From positions 1 to 59,020 of the forward strand of contig USAE01000002.1 in the NCBI GenBank assembly GCA_900552655.1: a stretch of 59,020 nucleotides of DNA, given 5' to 3'. Source of the DNA: an uncultured Clostridium sp. GTDB taxonomy: Bacteria > Bacillota > Clostridia > TANB77 > CAG-508. This document shows positions 29,456 to 38,626 of this stretch, piece after piece; the stretch's first letter is position 1, and each line of letters begins with the position of its first letter. The notes under the pieces are model-generated. The model made no database searches and had not been told where the DNA came from. It saw only the letters and a list, made by a program, of their open reading frames with translations. The translations under genes and the position numbers were made by a program.

Positions 29456-32161
29456 TTGGGAAAACTAGTATTAATAGATGGAAACAGTATTTTAAATAGA
29501 GCGTTTTATGGCATTATGGGGAATAAAATGCTTACAACTAAAGATGGAACACCAACAAATGCAGTATATGGCTTTTTAGCTATTATGTTTAAAATATTAG
29601 AAGACATTAAACCAGAATATTTAGTTGTTGCATTTGACTTAAAAGGTCCTACCACAAGACATGAAATGTACGAAGGTTATAAAGCAAACAGAAAGGGAAT
29701 GCCAGATGAACTTGCTTGCCAAATGCCAATAATAAAAGAAATTTTAAGGGCAATGAATATAGACATAGTAGAAAAACAAGGTTATGAAGGTGATGATATT
29801 TTAGGAACATTGTCTGTTTTTGGAGAAAAACAAGGCTTGGATGTAACTATATTATCTGGAGATAGAGATACATTTCAGCTTGCAACAGATAAAGTAACAA
29901 TAAGAATACCAAGAACAAAAATGGGTAAAACAGAAGTAGAAGACTTTAATAGGGAAAAAGTAAAGGAAATATATAACTTAGAGCCAAAACAATTAATAGA
30001 AGTAAAGGGACTTCAAGGGGATACATCTGACAATATTCCTGGTGTTCCTGGTATAGGTGAAAAAACTGCTTTAAAATTAATACAAGAATATAATAACATA
30101 GAAAATTTATATAAATTAATAGAAGAAGGACAAGCTCAAGATATAAAAGGAAAAACTAGGGAACGTATAATAGAAAACAAGGAGCTAGCTAAGTTGTCTA
30201 AAGAATTAGGTACAATAAATATTAATTCACCTATAGAAGAAAACTTAGAAGATTTTAAACTAGAAGAATGGGACAAAAAAGAAGTTTTAAGAATATTTAA
30301 AGAATTAAACTTTAATAGATATATAGAAAGATTTAATTTAGCTTCAGAAGAGGATAATACATTAGAAGAAGTAACAGAAAAATATGAAATAGAAGAAATA
30401 GATATAAAAAAAGCAAAAGATATTATATTAAAAACAAAAGAATTGTTTTATCATTTTTCTACAAAAGAAGTAAATAAGGAAGAGTATATAATAAAAAAAG
30501 AATTTAATACTTTTTCATTCTATAATAAAGAAGAAAATAAAGCATATTTTGTAAAAATTAATACAGAGGATTTAGACATACTAAAAGAAATATTCGAAAA
30601 TGAAGCTATAAAAAAATATGGTTACAAAACATCGGAAGACTATATTATATTAAAACAAAATGGAATTTTGCCAAAAAGTATAATATATGATGCAGAAATA
30701 GCAATATATGACTTAGATCCATCAAATATGAAATACAAAATGCAAGATGTAGCATTACAATATTTAGATTTTAATATGGACGAATATTTAAATGCATTAG
30801 GAATAAAAAAACAAGAGCAAATAAATTTATTCGAACAAACTTCAGAAAATGATGAATATGAAAAAAATATTAACACTTTATACAGTTATTTAATACAACA
30901 ATTATATGAAAAAACTATGAAGGAATTAGTCGATTTAGATGAAGTAGAATTATTTAATGATATCGAAATGCCTTTAGTAGAAGTACTTTCAGAAATGCAA
31001 TATGAAGGAATACAAATAGATAAAGAAGAGCTAGAAGAATTTGGAAAGAATCTTAAACAAAAAATAGAAGAAATTACTAAAGAGATATATAATTTAAGTG
31101 GAACCGAATTTAATATAAATTCTCCAAAACAATTAGGAGAAATATTATTTGAAAAATTAGAATTACCAGTAATAAAGAAAACAAAAACGGGTTATTCTAC
31201 AGATGTAGATGTTTTAGAAAAATTAAAACAAGAACATCCAGTAGTAGAAAAAATATTAGAATATAGAAGTTTAACAAAGCTAAATTCAACTTATGTTGAA
31301 GGTTTAAAACCATATATAAATAAAGCAACAGGAAGAATACACTCTTATTTTCACCAAACAATAACAGCAACAGGAAGAATTAGTTCTACAGAACCAAATC
31401 TTCAAAATATACCAACAAGAATAGAACTTGGAAAGCAATTAAGACGTGCATTTAAGCCAAAAGATGGTTATGTATTTATAGATGCAGATTACTCACAAAT
31501 AGAATTAAGAGTTTTAGCGCATATTTCTAACGATGAACATATGATAGAAGCTTTTAATAATAACGAAGATATACATAAACAAGCCGCAGCAAGTGTATTT
31601 AAAGTACCTTTAGATGAAGTTACTAAAGAACAAAGAACACATGCTAAAGCTGTTAATTTTGGAATAGTATATGGAATAAGTGATTTTGGTTTAGGAGAGC
31701 AAATAGGTGTATCTAGAAAAAAAGCTAAAGAATATATAGAACAATATTTAGAAAAATACAATGGTATAAAGAGATTTATGTCAGATGTTGTAGAAGAAGC
31801 AAAAGAAAAAGGATATGTTGAGACCTTATTTAAAAGAAGAAGGTACATACCAGAGCTTAAGTCAAAGAATTTTAATATAAGACAATTTGGAGCAAGAGCT
31901 GCTATGAACACTCCAATACAAGGAACAGCAGCAGATATAATGAAAATTGCAATGATTGATGTATTTAAAAAGCTAAAAGAAAGAAATTTAAATTCAAGAT
32001 TAATATTACAAATACATGATGAGCTTTTAATAGAAACTAAAGAAGAAGAAAAAGAAGAGGTTAAGGAAATATTAAAAACTTCTATGGAAAATGCAATAAG
32101 CTTAAAAGTACCATTAAGAGCAGATGTTGGTGAAGCTTATAATTGGTATGATTTAAAATAA
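29456..32161 (+). CDS. polA: DNA polymerase I
   Basis: TTG start. 5'-nuclease region LIDGNSILNRAFY and GDTSDNIPGVPGIGEKTA. Polymerase motifs DYSQIELRVLAH, AKAVNFGIVYGISDFGL and QIHDELL. Confidence 0.95.
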   Translation: MGKLVLIDGNSILNRAFYGIMGNKMLTTKDGTPTNAVYGFLAIMFKILEDIKPEYLVVAFDLKGPTTRHEMYEGYKANRKGMPDELACQMPIIKEILRAMNIDIVEKQGYEGDDILGTLSVFGEKQGLDVTILSGDRDTFQLATDKVTIRIPRTKMGKTEVEDFNREKVKEIYNLEPKQLIEVKGLQGDTSDNIPGVPGIGEKTALKLIQEYNNIENLYKLIEEGQAQDIKGKTRERIIENKELAKLSKELGTININSPIEENLEDFKLEEWDKKEVLRIFKELNFNRYIERFNLASEEDNTLEEVTEKYEIEEIDIKKAKDIILKTKELFYHFSTKEVNKEEYIIKKEFNTFSFYNKEENKAYFVKINTEDLDILKEIFENEAIKKYGYKTSEDYIILKQNGILPKSIIYDAEIAIYDLDPSNMKYKMQDVALQYLDFNMDEYLNALGIKKQEQINLFEQTSENDEYEKNINTLYSYLIQQLYEKTMKELVDLDEVELFNDIEMPLVEVLSEMQYEGIQIDKEELEEFGKNLKQKIEEITKEIYNLSGTEFNINSPKQLGEILFEKLELPVIKKTKTGYSTDVDVLEKLKQEHPVVEKILEYRSLTKLNSTYVEGLKPYINKATGRIHSYFHQTITATGRISSTEPNLQNIPTRIELGKQLRRAFKPKDGYVFIDADYSQIELRVLAHISNDEHMIEAFNNNEDIHKQAAASVFKVPLDEVTKEQRTHAKAVNFGIVYGISDFGLGEQIGVSRKKAKEYIEQYLEKYNGIKRFMSDVVEEAKEKGYVETLFKRRRYIPELKSKNFNIRQFGARAAMNTPIQGTAADIMKIAMIDVFKKLKERNLNSRLILQIHDELLIETKEEEKEEVKEILKTSMENAISLKVPLRADVGEAYNWYDLK

Positions 32162-32223
32162 TTAAAGAAATATTGTACAAAAATGATGAAAGGAGAGTAT
32201 GATTGTATATCATACAATGAAGG

Positions 32224-32790
32224 ATGGTTAATAAATTACTAAAGATAATAGTTATATTATTAATTTTATGTGCTATAATATATGTATCTTTCGGAATATT
32301 TAAAGTTCATAAAATAGTAATAAGACAAATCTACCCACAAAAATATTCTGAATACGTAGAAAAATATTCGAACGAATATGATGTAGATTCATTATTAATA
32401 TATGCGATAATTAAGGCAGAAAGTAACTTTAAACCAGATGTTATTTCCAAAAGCAATGCTGTAGGATTAATGCAACTGATGGATGCAACTGCAAAAGATG
32501 TAGCTAATAAATTGGGAATGGAATATAAAGAAGAAGATTTGGAAAATCCAGATATAAATATAAAACTTGGAGTTAAGTATTTTTCTACATTGTATGATAA
32601 ATACAAAAATATTCCGATTGCATTAACAGCATATAATGCAGGAAGTGGCAATGTTAATAAATGGATTTCTGAAGATATTATTGCTTCAGATGGCTCTAAT
32701 GTAGAAAACATTCCATTTAGAGAAACAAATAATTATGTAAGAAAAATATTAAGAGATTATGAAATTTATAAAGATATTTATAATAACTAA
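32224..32790 (+). CDS. Membrane-anchored lytic transglycosylase (SLT domain)
   Basis: N-terminal TM helix. AIIKAESNFKP, AVGLMQLM and AYNAGSGNV. Confidence 0.8.
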   Translation: MVNKLLKIIVILLILCAIIYVSFGIFKVHKIVIRQIYPQKYSEYVEKYSNEYDVDSLLIYAIIKAESNFKPDVISKSNAVGLMQLMDATAKDVANKLGMEYKEEDLENPDINIKLGVKYFSTLYDKYKNIPIALTAYNAGSGNVNKWISEDIIASDGSNVENIPFRETNNYVRKILRDYEIYKDIYNN

Positions 32791-32819
32791 TAATAAATTA
32801 TAATTAAGGAGGAATTAAT

Positions 32820-33824
32820 ATGTCAATTTTAGTTACAGGTGGTGCTGGATATATTGGTAGTCACACAGTTATAGAACTATTAAATACTGGTAGAGAAGTT
32901 GTTATAGTAGATGATTTTTCTAATAGCAAACCAGAGGTATTAGATTCAATTAAAAAAATAACAGGTAAAGATTTTAAATTCTATGAAATTAATTATTTAG
33001 ATAAAGAAAAACTAGATAAAGTTTTTAAAGAAAATAATATTGAAGCTGTTTTAAATTTTGCAGGTTTTAAAGCTGTTGGAGAATCTGTTCAAAAACCTAT
33101 AGAATATTATACAAATAATATTTCTGGAGCTTTAACATTATTAGAAGTTATGAAAGAAAATAATGTTAAGAAATTTGTATTTAGTTCTTCAGCAACAGTT
33201 TATGGCTCTCCAGAAATTATACCAATTACAGAAGAATGCAAAACTGGTGGAACTACAAACCCATATGGTACAAGCAAATTATTTATAGAGCAAATTTTAA
33301 AAGATATATATGTGTCAGATAATACTTGGGATATAGTAATTTTAAGATATTTTAACCCAATAGGAGCACACGAAAGTGGACTAATAGGTGAAGAACCACA
33401 AGGAATACCAAATAATTTAATGCCATATATAGTAAGAGTTGCAAATGGCACATTAAAGGAATTATCTGTATTTGGAGATGACTATGATACCACAGATGGT
33501 ACAGGTGTAAGAGATTATATTCATGTTGTAGATTTAGCAAAAGGACATATTAATGCATTAGAAAAATTAGAAAAAGAAGGAAAAGGTTTATTTATATATA
33601 ACTTAGGAACTGGAAAAGGGTATAGTGTTTTAGATATGGTAAAAACATTTGAAGAAGCAACAGGAATGAAGGTTCCTTATAAAATAGCACCTAGAAGAGC
33701 AGGAGATATAGCTACTTGCTATTCTAATCCAACAAAAGCAAAAGAAGAACTAGGATGGACTGCAGAAAAAGATTTAAAAGAAATGTGTATAGATTCATGG
33801 AACTACATTAAAAATAAAATGTAA
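32820..33824 (+). CDS. galE: UDP-glucose 4-epimerase
   Basis: VTGGAGYIGSH, SSSATVYG, YGTSK and RYFNPIGAH. Confidence 0.9.
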   Translation: MSILVTGGAGYIGSHTVIELLNTGREVVIVDDFSNSKPEVLDSIKKITGKDFKFYEINYLDKEKLDKVFKENNIEAVLNFAGFKAVGESVQKPIEYYTNNISGALTLLEVMKENNVKKFVFSSSATVYGSPEIIPITEECKTGGTTNPYGTSKLFIEQILKDIYVSDNTWDIVILRYFNPIGAHESGLIGEEPQGIPNNLMPYIVRVANGTLKELSVFGDDYDTTDGTGVRDYIHVVDLAKGHINALEKLEKEGKGLFIYNLGTGKGYSVLDMVKTFEEATGMKVPYKIAPRRAGDIATCYSNPTKAKEELGWTAEKDLKEMCIDSWNYIKNKM

Positions 33825-33866
33825 GAATTGGTTAGAAATAGATAAAAAATAAATTTTAGGTGAAAA

Positions 33867-34856
33867 ATGGTGGAAGATAATAAAGAAGCAAAAGCACAAA
33901 ATAATAGCAATAAAATAGTATTTATATATAGAATTATAGTATCAATTATAATGATAGTTAGTATAATATTAGTATATATATTAAATCATTTAGGAGAAAG
34001 TAAGGAAGTTGATGCTATGGCAAATGTAATTAATCAAAACAGTATTAATGAGACTAACACTGTTGGAGAGGAAAATATTACATCAGAAGAAAATTTTAAA
34101 AAACTTAATGATTGGCGTTTAGTTTTAGTAAATTATGAAAATGAAATGCCAAGAGATTATATTCCACCACTAAGTAATATAGATAAAGAAAGACAATTTG
34201 ATTCTAGAGCAATAAATAGCTTGCTACAAATGATGCTAGACATGAATAATGCAGGAATAAATCATATATGGGCGCAATCTGCATACAGAAACCCTAAAAA
34301 GCAAGAGCATTTAATACAAGAAAGCATACAAGAATATTTAGAGGAAGGAAAAACGGAAGAGGAAGCAAAAGCATTAACAGCAAGGTCTATAGGAGAACCA
34401 TATAAAAGTGAACACAATTTAGGTTTAGCAGTAGATTTTAATGATGTAAATTATGAATTTGAAGAAGAAAAAGCATTTTCATGGCTTGTAGAAAATGCAG
34501 AAAACTATGGTTTTATACTAAGATATCCAAAAGACAAAGAAGAAATAACAAAAATAAAATACGAACCATGGCATTGGAGATATGTAGGTATAGAAAATGC
34601 AAAAGAAATAAACAAATTAGGATTTTGCTTAGAAGAATACATACATTACTTAAAAACCGGGATTCAGGGACGGACCTTAAAATCCCGGTTATATTTTTTA
34701 TATAGTAGTAAAGTTCTCTTAGTAGGAGAACTTTCTGCACTAGAGAATTATATTAACCTAAGATTTTCTTATAATTTACATTTGCTAGAAAATCTTAGGT
34801 ACGTTTTTTGCAAAAAAATAAAAAAATTGCTAGATAAAAGAAAAAAATTGTGTTAA
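33867..34856 (+). CDS. VanY-type D-alanyl-D-alanine carboxypeptidase (peptidase M15B) with N-terminal TM anchor and an apparently repeat-encoded 3' extension
   Basis: SAYRNPKKQEHL, SEHNLGLAVDF and YEPWHWRYVG. The domain ends near LEEYIHYLK (~34652), but no stop occurs until 34854. Confidence 0.8.
   Translation: MVEDNKEAKAQNNSNKIVFIYRIIVSIIMIVSIILVYILNHLGESKEVDAMANVINQNSINETNTVGEENITSEENFKKLNDWRLVLVNYENEMPRDYIPPLSNIDKERQFDSRAINSLLQMMLDMNNAGINHIWAQSAYRNPKKQEHLIQESIQEYLEEGKTEEEAKALTARSIGEPYKSEHNLGLAVDFNDVNYEFEEEKAFSWLVENAENYGFILRYPKDKEEITKIKYEPWHWRYVGIENAKEINKLGFCLEEYIHYLKTGIQGRTLKSRLYFLYSSKVLLVGELSALENYINLRFSYNLHLLENLRYVFCKKIKKLLDKRKKLC
34657..34688 (+). repeat. 32-nt palindromic element, copy A (GGGAT-N3-GGGACG-N9-ATCCC)
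   Basis: CCGGGATTCAGGGACGGACCTTAAAATCCCGG, extended to a 10-bp stem (AACCGGGATT/AATCCCGGTT) and followed by ATATTTTTT, so it is terminator-like. Confidence 0.85.
34702..34803 (+). repeat. Modular ~100-bp hairpin repeat, copy 1 (module 2 plus module 3)
   Basis: AAAGTTCTC-N7-GAGAACTTT, then CTGCACTAGAGAATTAT, then CCTAAGATTTTCT-N17-AGAAAATCTTAGG and TACGTTTTTT. Collinear with 56419-56523. Confidence 0.8.
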
Positions 34857-34895
34857 AATAGCAAATGCGCTAAAAAGAAAGAAGGGAGAATAAAA

Positions 34896-36644
34896 ATGAT
34901 AAAAGAATTATCAAAATATGTAAAACAATACAAAAAGTATGCAATTTTAACACCAATTATGGTTATTTTAGAAATCATAATGGAAGTTATAATTCCATAT
35001 CTTATGGCAAAAATCATAGATGTAGGAATACAAAATAATGATTTAAACTATATTATAAAAATGGGAATAATGCTTGTTGTATCTGCAATAATGTCATTAA
35101 TATTTGGAGTACTTTCTGGAAAGTTTGCAGCAACTGCATCAGCAGGATTTGCAAAAAACTTAAGACAAGGAATGTTTTACAACATACAAAATTTTTCATT
35201 TACAAATATAGATAAATTTTCTACATCTAGTTTAGTAACAAGACTTACAACAGATGTAACAAATGTTCAAAATGCATTTCAAATGATTATAAGACTATTA
35301 GTAAGAGGTCCTGTAATGATAATATTTGCCTTGATTATGGCATTTTCAATAAATAAAAATTTATCATTTGTATATATAGCAACAATGCTTCCTCTTGCAA
35401 TATTACTTGCGTTTATAACATTTAAAGCTCATCCATATTTTGAAAAAGTATTTAAAAAATATGATGAATTAAATAGAGTAGTGGGAGAAAACTTAAATGC
35501 CATTAGAGTTGTAAAATCATTTGCAACAGAGGATTTTGAAGAAGATAAATTCGAAAAGGTAAACTTATTAGTATATAAATTATTCAAAAAAGCAGAAAAA
35601 ATAGTAATATTTAACAGCCCATTAATGCAAATTGCGATATATGGTTGTGTGTTACTATTATCTTGGCTTGGAGCAAAAGCAATTGTAGTGGGAACTATGC
35701 AAACAGGAGAACTTTCTAGCTTAATTACATATGCTTGGCAAATTCTTTCAAGTTTAATGATGCTTTCTATGGTATTAGTTATGATAATTATATCACAATC
35801 ATCTGCAGAAAGAATTATGGAAGTAATTAATGAAGAGCCAACGATAAAGAACAAGGAAAATCCAATAAAAGAGATTAAAGATGGTAGTATAGAATTTATA
35901 GATGTTGACTTCCAATATGATGATGCAAAAGCAAATGAAATGTTGCCATTAGAAGATATAAACTTAAAGATAAATTCTGGAGAAACTGTTGGAATCTTAG
36001 GAGGGACAGGTAGCTCTAAAACTTCTTTAGTAAATTTAATACCTAGATTATATGATGTAAAATCTGGATTCGTAAAAGTTGGAGGAGTAGATGTAAGAAA
36101 CTACGACCTTAATGCTTTAAGAGATGAAGTTGCTATGGTGTTACAAAAAAATGTCCTATTTTCTGGAACAATTGCAGAAAATTTAAGATGGGGAAATAAA
36201 AACGCTACAGACGAAGAATTAATAGAGGCTTGTAAATTAGCACAAGCAGATAGCTTTATTCAAGAATTACCAGATAAATATAATACTGTATTAGACCAAG
36301 GTGGTACAAATGTTTCTGGAGGTCAAAAACAAAGAATTTGTATTGCAAGAGCATTACTTAAAAAGCCTAAAATATTAATTTTAGATGATTCTACTAGTGC
36401 TGTAGATACAAAAACAGATGCACTAATTAAAAAAGCATTTAAAGAGAAAATACCGAATACAACAAAGATTATAATAGCACAAAGAGTAAGTTCTATTATA
36501 GATGCAGACAAAATAATTGTTATGGATAATGGTAAGATAGACGGAATTGGTACAGCTGAAGAATTATTAAAAACAAATGAAATTTATAAGGAAGTATATG
36601 AATCTCAAATGGGAGGAGATGATAAAGAAGATGAAAAAGACTAG
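34896..36644 (+). CDS. ABC exporter permease/ATPase, subunit with degenerate nucleotide site (heterodimer partner 1)
   Basis: 6-TM domain plus NBD. Walker A GGTGSSKTS, signature VSGGQKQR. Walker B ILILDDSTS has D in place of the catalytic E, and IIAQRVSS has Q in place of the switch H. Confidence 0.85.
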   Translation: MIKELSKYVKQYKKYAILTPIMVILEIIMEVIIPYLMAKIIDVGIQNNDLNYIIKMGIMLVVSAIMSLIFGVLSGKFAATASAGFAKNLRQGMFYNIQNFSFTNIDKFSTSSLVTRLTTDVTNVQNAFQMIIRLLVRGPVMIIFALIMAFSINKNLSFVYIATMLPLAILLAFITFKAHPYFEKVFKKYDELNRVVGENLNAIRVVKSFATEDFEEDKFEKVNLLVYKLFKKAEKIVIFNSPLMQIAIYGCVLLLSWLGAKAIVVGTMQTGELSSLITYAWQILSSLMMLSMVLVMIIISQSSAERIMEVINEEPTIKNKENPIKEIKDGSIEFIDVDFQYDDAKANEMLPLEDINLKINSGETVGILGGTGSSKTSLVNLIPRLYDVKSGFVKVGGVDVRNYDLNALRDEVAMVLQKNVLFSGTIAENLRWGNKNATDEELIEACKLAQADSFIQELPDKYNTVLDQGGTNVSGGQKQRICIARALLKKPKILILDDSTSAVDTKTDALIKKAFKEKIPNTTKIIIAQRVSSIIDADKIIVMDNGKIDGIGTAEELLKTNEIYKEVYESQMGGDDKEDEKD

Positions 36645-38484
36645 AAAAAATACAGCTTTCAGGTTATTAAAATATTCTATGGGAGGCTATAAATTACAAT
36701 TTGCAATAGTTTTAATTACTATAATAGTAAGTGCAACAACGAGTGTTATAGGAATACAATTTATTCAGAAACTTATAGATAATTATATTATTCCACTTAT
36801 AGGCAACCAAAACCCTAACTATACATTATTATTACATGCTATAGTTGCTATGGGAGGTATATATTTAGTTGGGATTATAGCAACATATATTTATAACAGA
36901 TTAATGCTAAACATAACACAAGGTACACTTAAAAAGATAAGAACAGATATGTTCAAACATATGCAAAGGTTGCCAATTGGTTATTTTGACAGTCATAACC
37001 ATGGTGAAATTATGAGTACATATACAAATGATGTAGACACTTTAAGAGAAGCTATAAGCCAAAGTATACCTCAAATGTTTTCAGCAATAGTATCTATGAT
37101 TGCAATATTAATATCAATGATCATAACTAACGTGTATTTAACTGGAATTGTTCTTGCAATGGTTGTAATAATGATGTTTGTAGCTAAATTTTTTGCAAAA
37201 CATAGCTCAACACATTTTATAAATCAACAAAAAAATATTAGTAAGGTTGATGGATATATAGAAGAAATGATGAATGGGCAAAAAGTTGTAAAAGTATTTT
37301 GTTACGAAGAACGTTCTAAACAAAAATTTGATGAATTAAACGAAGAGTTATTTCAAAGTAGTAAAAAGGCAAATTCTTATGCTAATACATTAATGCCATG
37401 TATAATGAATATTGGAAACATAGGTTATGTATTAGTAGCAGTGATAGGAGGAATTTTAGCTGTAAAGCAAGTTCTTACAATTGGAAGTATTGCAGCGTTT
37501 TTACAATATATAAAAGCTTTTACAAATCCTCTAGGACAAGTTTCACAACAAATTAATTTTATTGCAATGGCTTTAGCAGGAGCTGAAAGAATTTTTGACT
37601 TAATAGATGAAAAAGTAGAAGAAGATGACGGATATGTAACTCTTGTAAATGCTAAAGAAGAAGATGGAAAAATAATAGAAGTAGCAGAAAGAACAGGAAC
37701 TTGGGCATGGAAACATCCACATAGTGATGGAAGCATTACATATACTAAATTATGTGGAAATGTAGAGCTTGAAGATGTAAACTTTGGATATGTAAAAGAT
37801 AAACAAATTTTATATAATATAAGTTTGGACGCAAAAGAAGGTGAAAAGGTTTCTTTTGTAGGACCAACAGGGGCAGGAAAAACAACTATTACAAATTTAA
37901 TAAATCGTTTCTATGACATTCAAAGTGGAAAAATTAGGTATGATGGAATTAATATAAATAAAATGAAAAAAGATGATTTAAGAAAATCATTAGGTGTAGT
38001 TTTACAAGATACACATTTATTTACTGGAACAATAAAAGACAATATAAAATATGGAAATATGAATGCAACAGATGAAGAAGTTATTGCTGCTGCAAAACTT
38101 GCTAATGCAGATAGATTCATAAGACATTTGCCACATGCATATGACACAGAAATAACAGGTGATGGAGAAGGCTTATCACAAGGACAAAGGCAACTATTAG
38201 CTATTGCAAGAGCAGCACTTTATAATCCACCAGTACTAATATTAGATGAAGCAACAAGTTCTATAGATACTCGTACAGAAAAAATAGTACAAGATGGAAT
38301 GGATAAACTAATGAAAGGTAGAACAGTTTTTGTTATTGCACATAGGTTATCTACAATCAGAAATTCGGACTTAATAATGGTTTTAGACCATGGTCATATT
38401 ATAGAAAGAGGAAATCACAACGAATTAATAAAAAATAATGGAATGTATTATGGTCTATATACTGGAGCAATAGAGATAGAATAA
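36631..38484 (+). CDS. ABC exporter permease/ATPase, canonical subunit (heterodimer partner 2)
   Basis: RBS GGGAGGAG before ATG 36631 (the track ORF starts at 36577), overlapping the upstream stop. GPTGAGKTT, LSQGQRQL, LILDEATSSID and VIAHRLST. Confidence 0.85.
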   Translation: MKKTRKNTAFRLLKYSMGGYKLQFAIVLITIIVSATTSVIGIQFIQKLIDNYIIPLIGNQNPNYTLLLHAIVAMGGIYLVGIIATYIYNRLMLNITQGTLKKIRTDMFKHMQRLPIGYFDSHNHGEIMSTYTNDVDTLREAISQSIPQMFSAIVSMIAILISMIITNVYLTGIVLAMVVIMMFVAKFFAKHSSTHFINQQKNISKVDGYIEEMMNGQKVVKVFCYEERSKQKFDELNEELFQSSKKANSYANTLMPCIMNIGNIGYVLVAVIGGILAVKQVLTIGSIAAFLQYIKAFTNPLGQVSQQINFIAMALAGAERIFDLIDEKVEEDDGYVTLVNAKEEDGKIIEVAERTGTWAWKHPHSDGSITYTKLCGNVELEDVNFGYVKDKQILYNISLDAKEGEKVSFVGPTGAGKTTITNLINRFYDIQSGKIRYDGININKMKKDDLRKSLGVVLQDTHLFTGTIKDNIKYGNMNATDEEVIAAAKLANADRFIRHLPHAYDTEITGDGEGLSQGQRQLLAIARAALYNPPVLILDEATSSIDTRTEKIVQDGMDKLMKGRTVFVIAHRLSTIRNSDLIMVLDHGHIIERGNHNELIKNNGMYYGLYTGAIEIE

Positions 38485-38495
38485 GAAAAAATACA

Positions 38496-38527
38496 CCGGG
38501 ATTTTAAGAAACGTCCCCGAATCCCGG
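38496..38527 (-). repeat. 32-nt palindromic element, copy B (inverted orientation)
   Basis: The reverse complement is CCGGGATTCGGGGACGTTTCTTAAAATCCCGG. It lies 12 nt after the ABC operon stop. Confidence 0.85.
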
Positions 38528-38540
38528 AGCAGAATCTTGA

Positions 38541-38569
38541 TTGACAAATAAACCTAATTAAGTTATTAT
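38541..38569 (+). promoter_or_regulatory. SigA-type promoter of the asp23 operon
   Basis: TTGACA (38541-38546), a 17-nt spacer, TATTAT (38564-38569). Confidence 0.55.
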
Positions 38570-38626
38570 ATAAATAGATATATTGGAAATAATTTATATT
38601 AAATAATATTTTAAGGAGGTATTATT

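Noticed and set aside
34481-34705. A 74-aa alternative-frame ORF (K/R-rich) inside the VanY-like gene.
   Set aside because: It is nested out of frame in a well-supported M15B domain, has no RBS, and its composition is an artefact of the A-rich coding strand.
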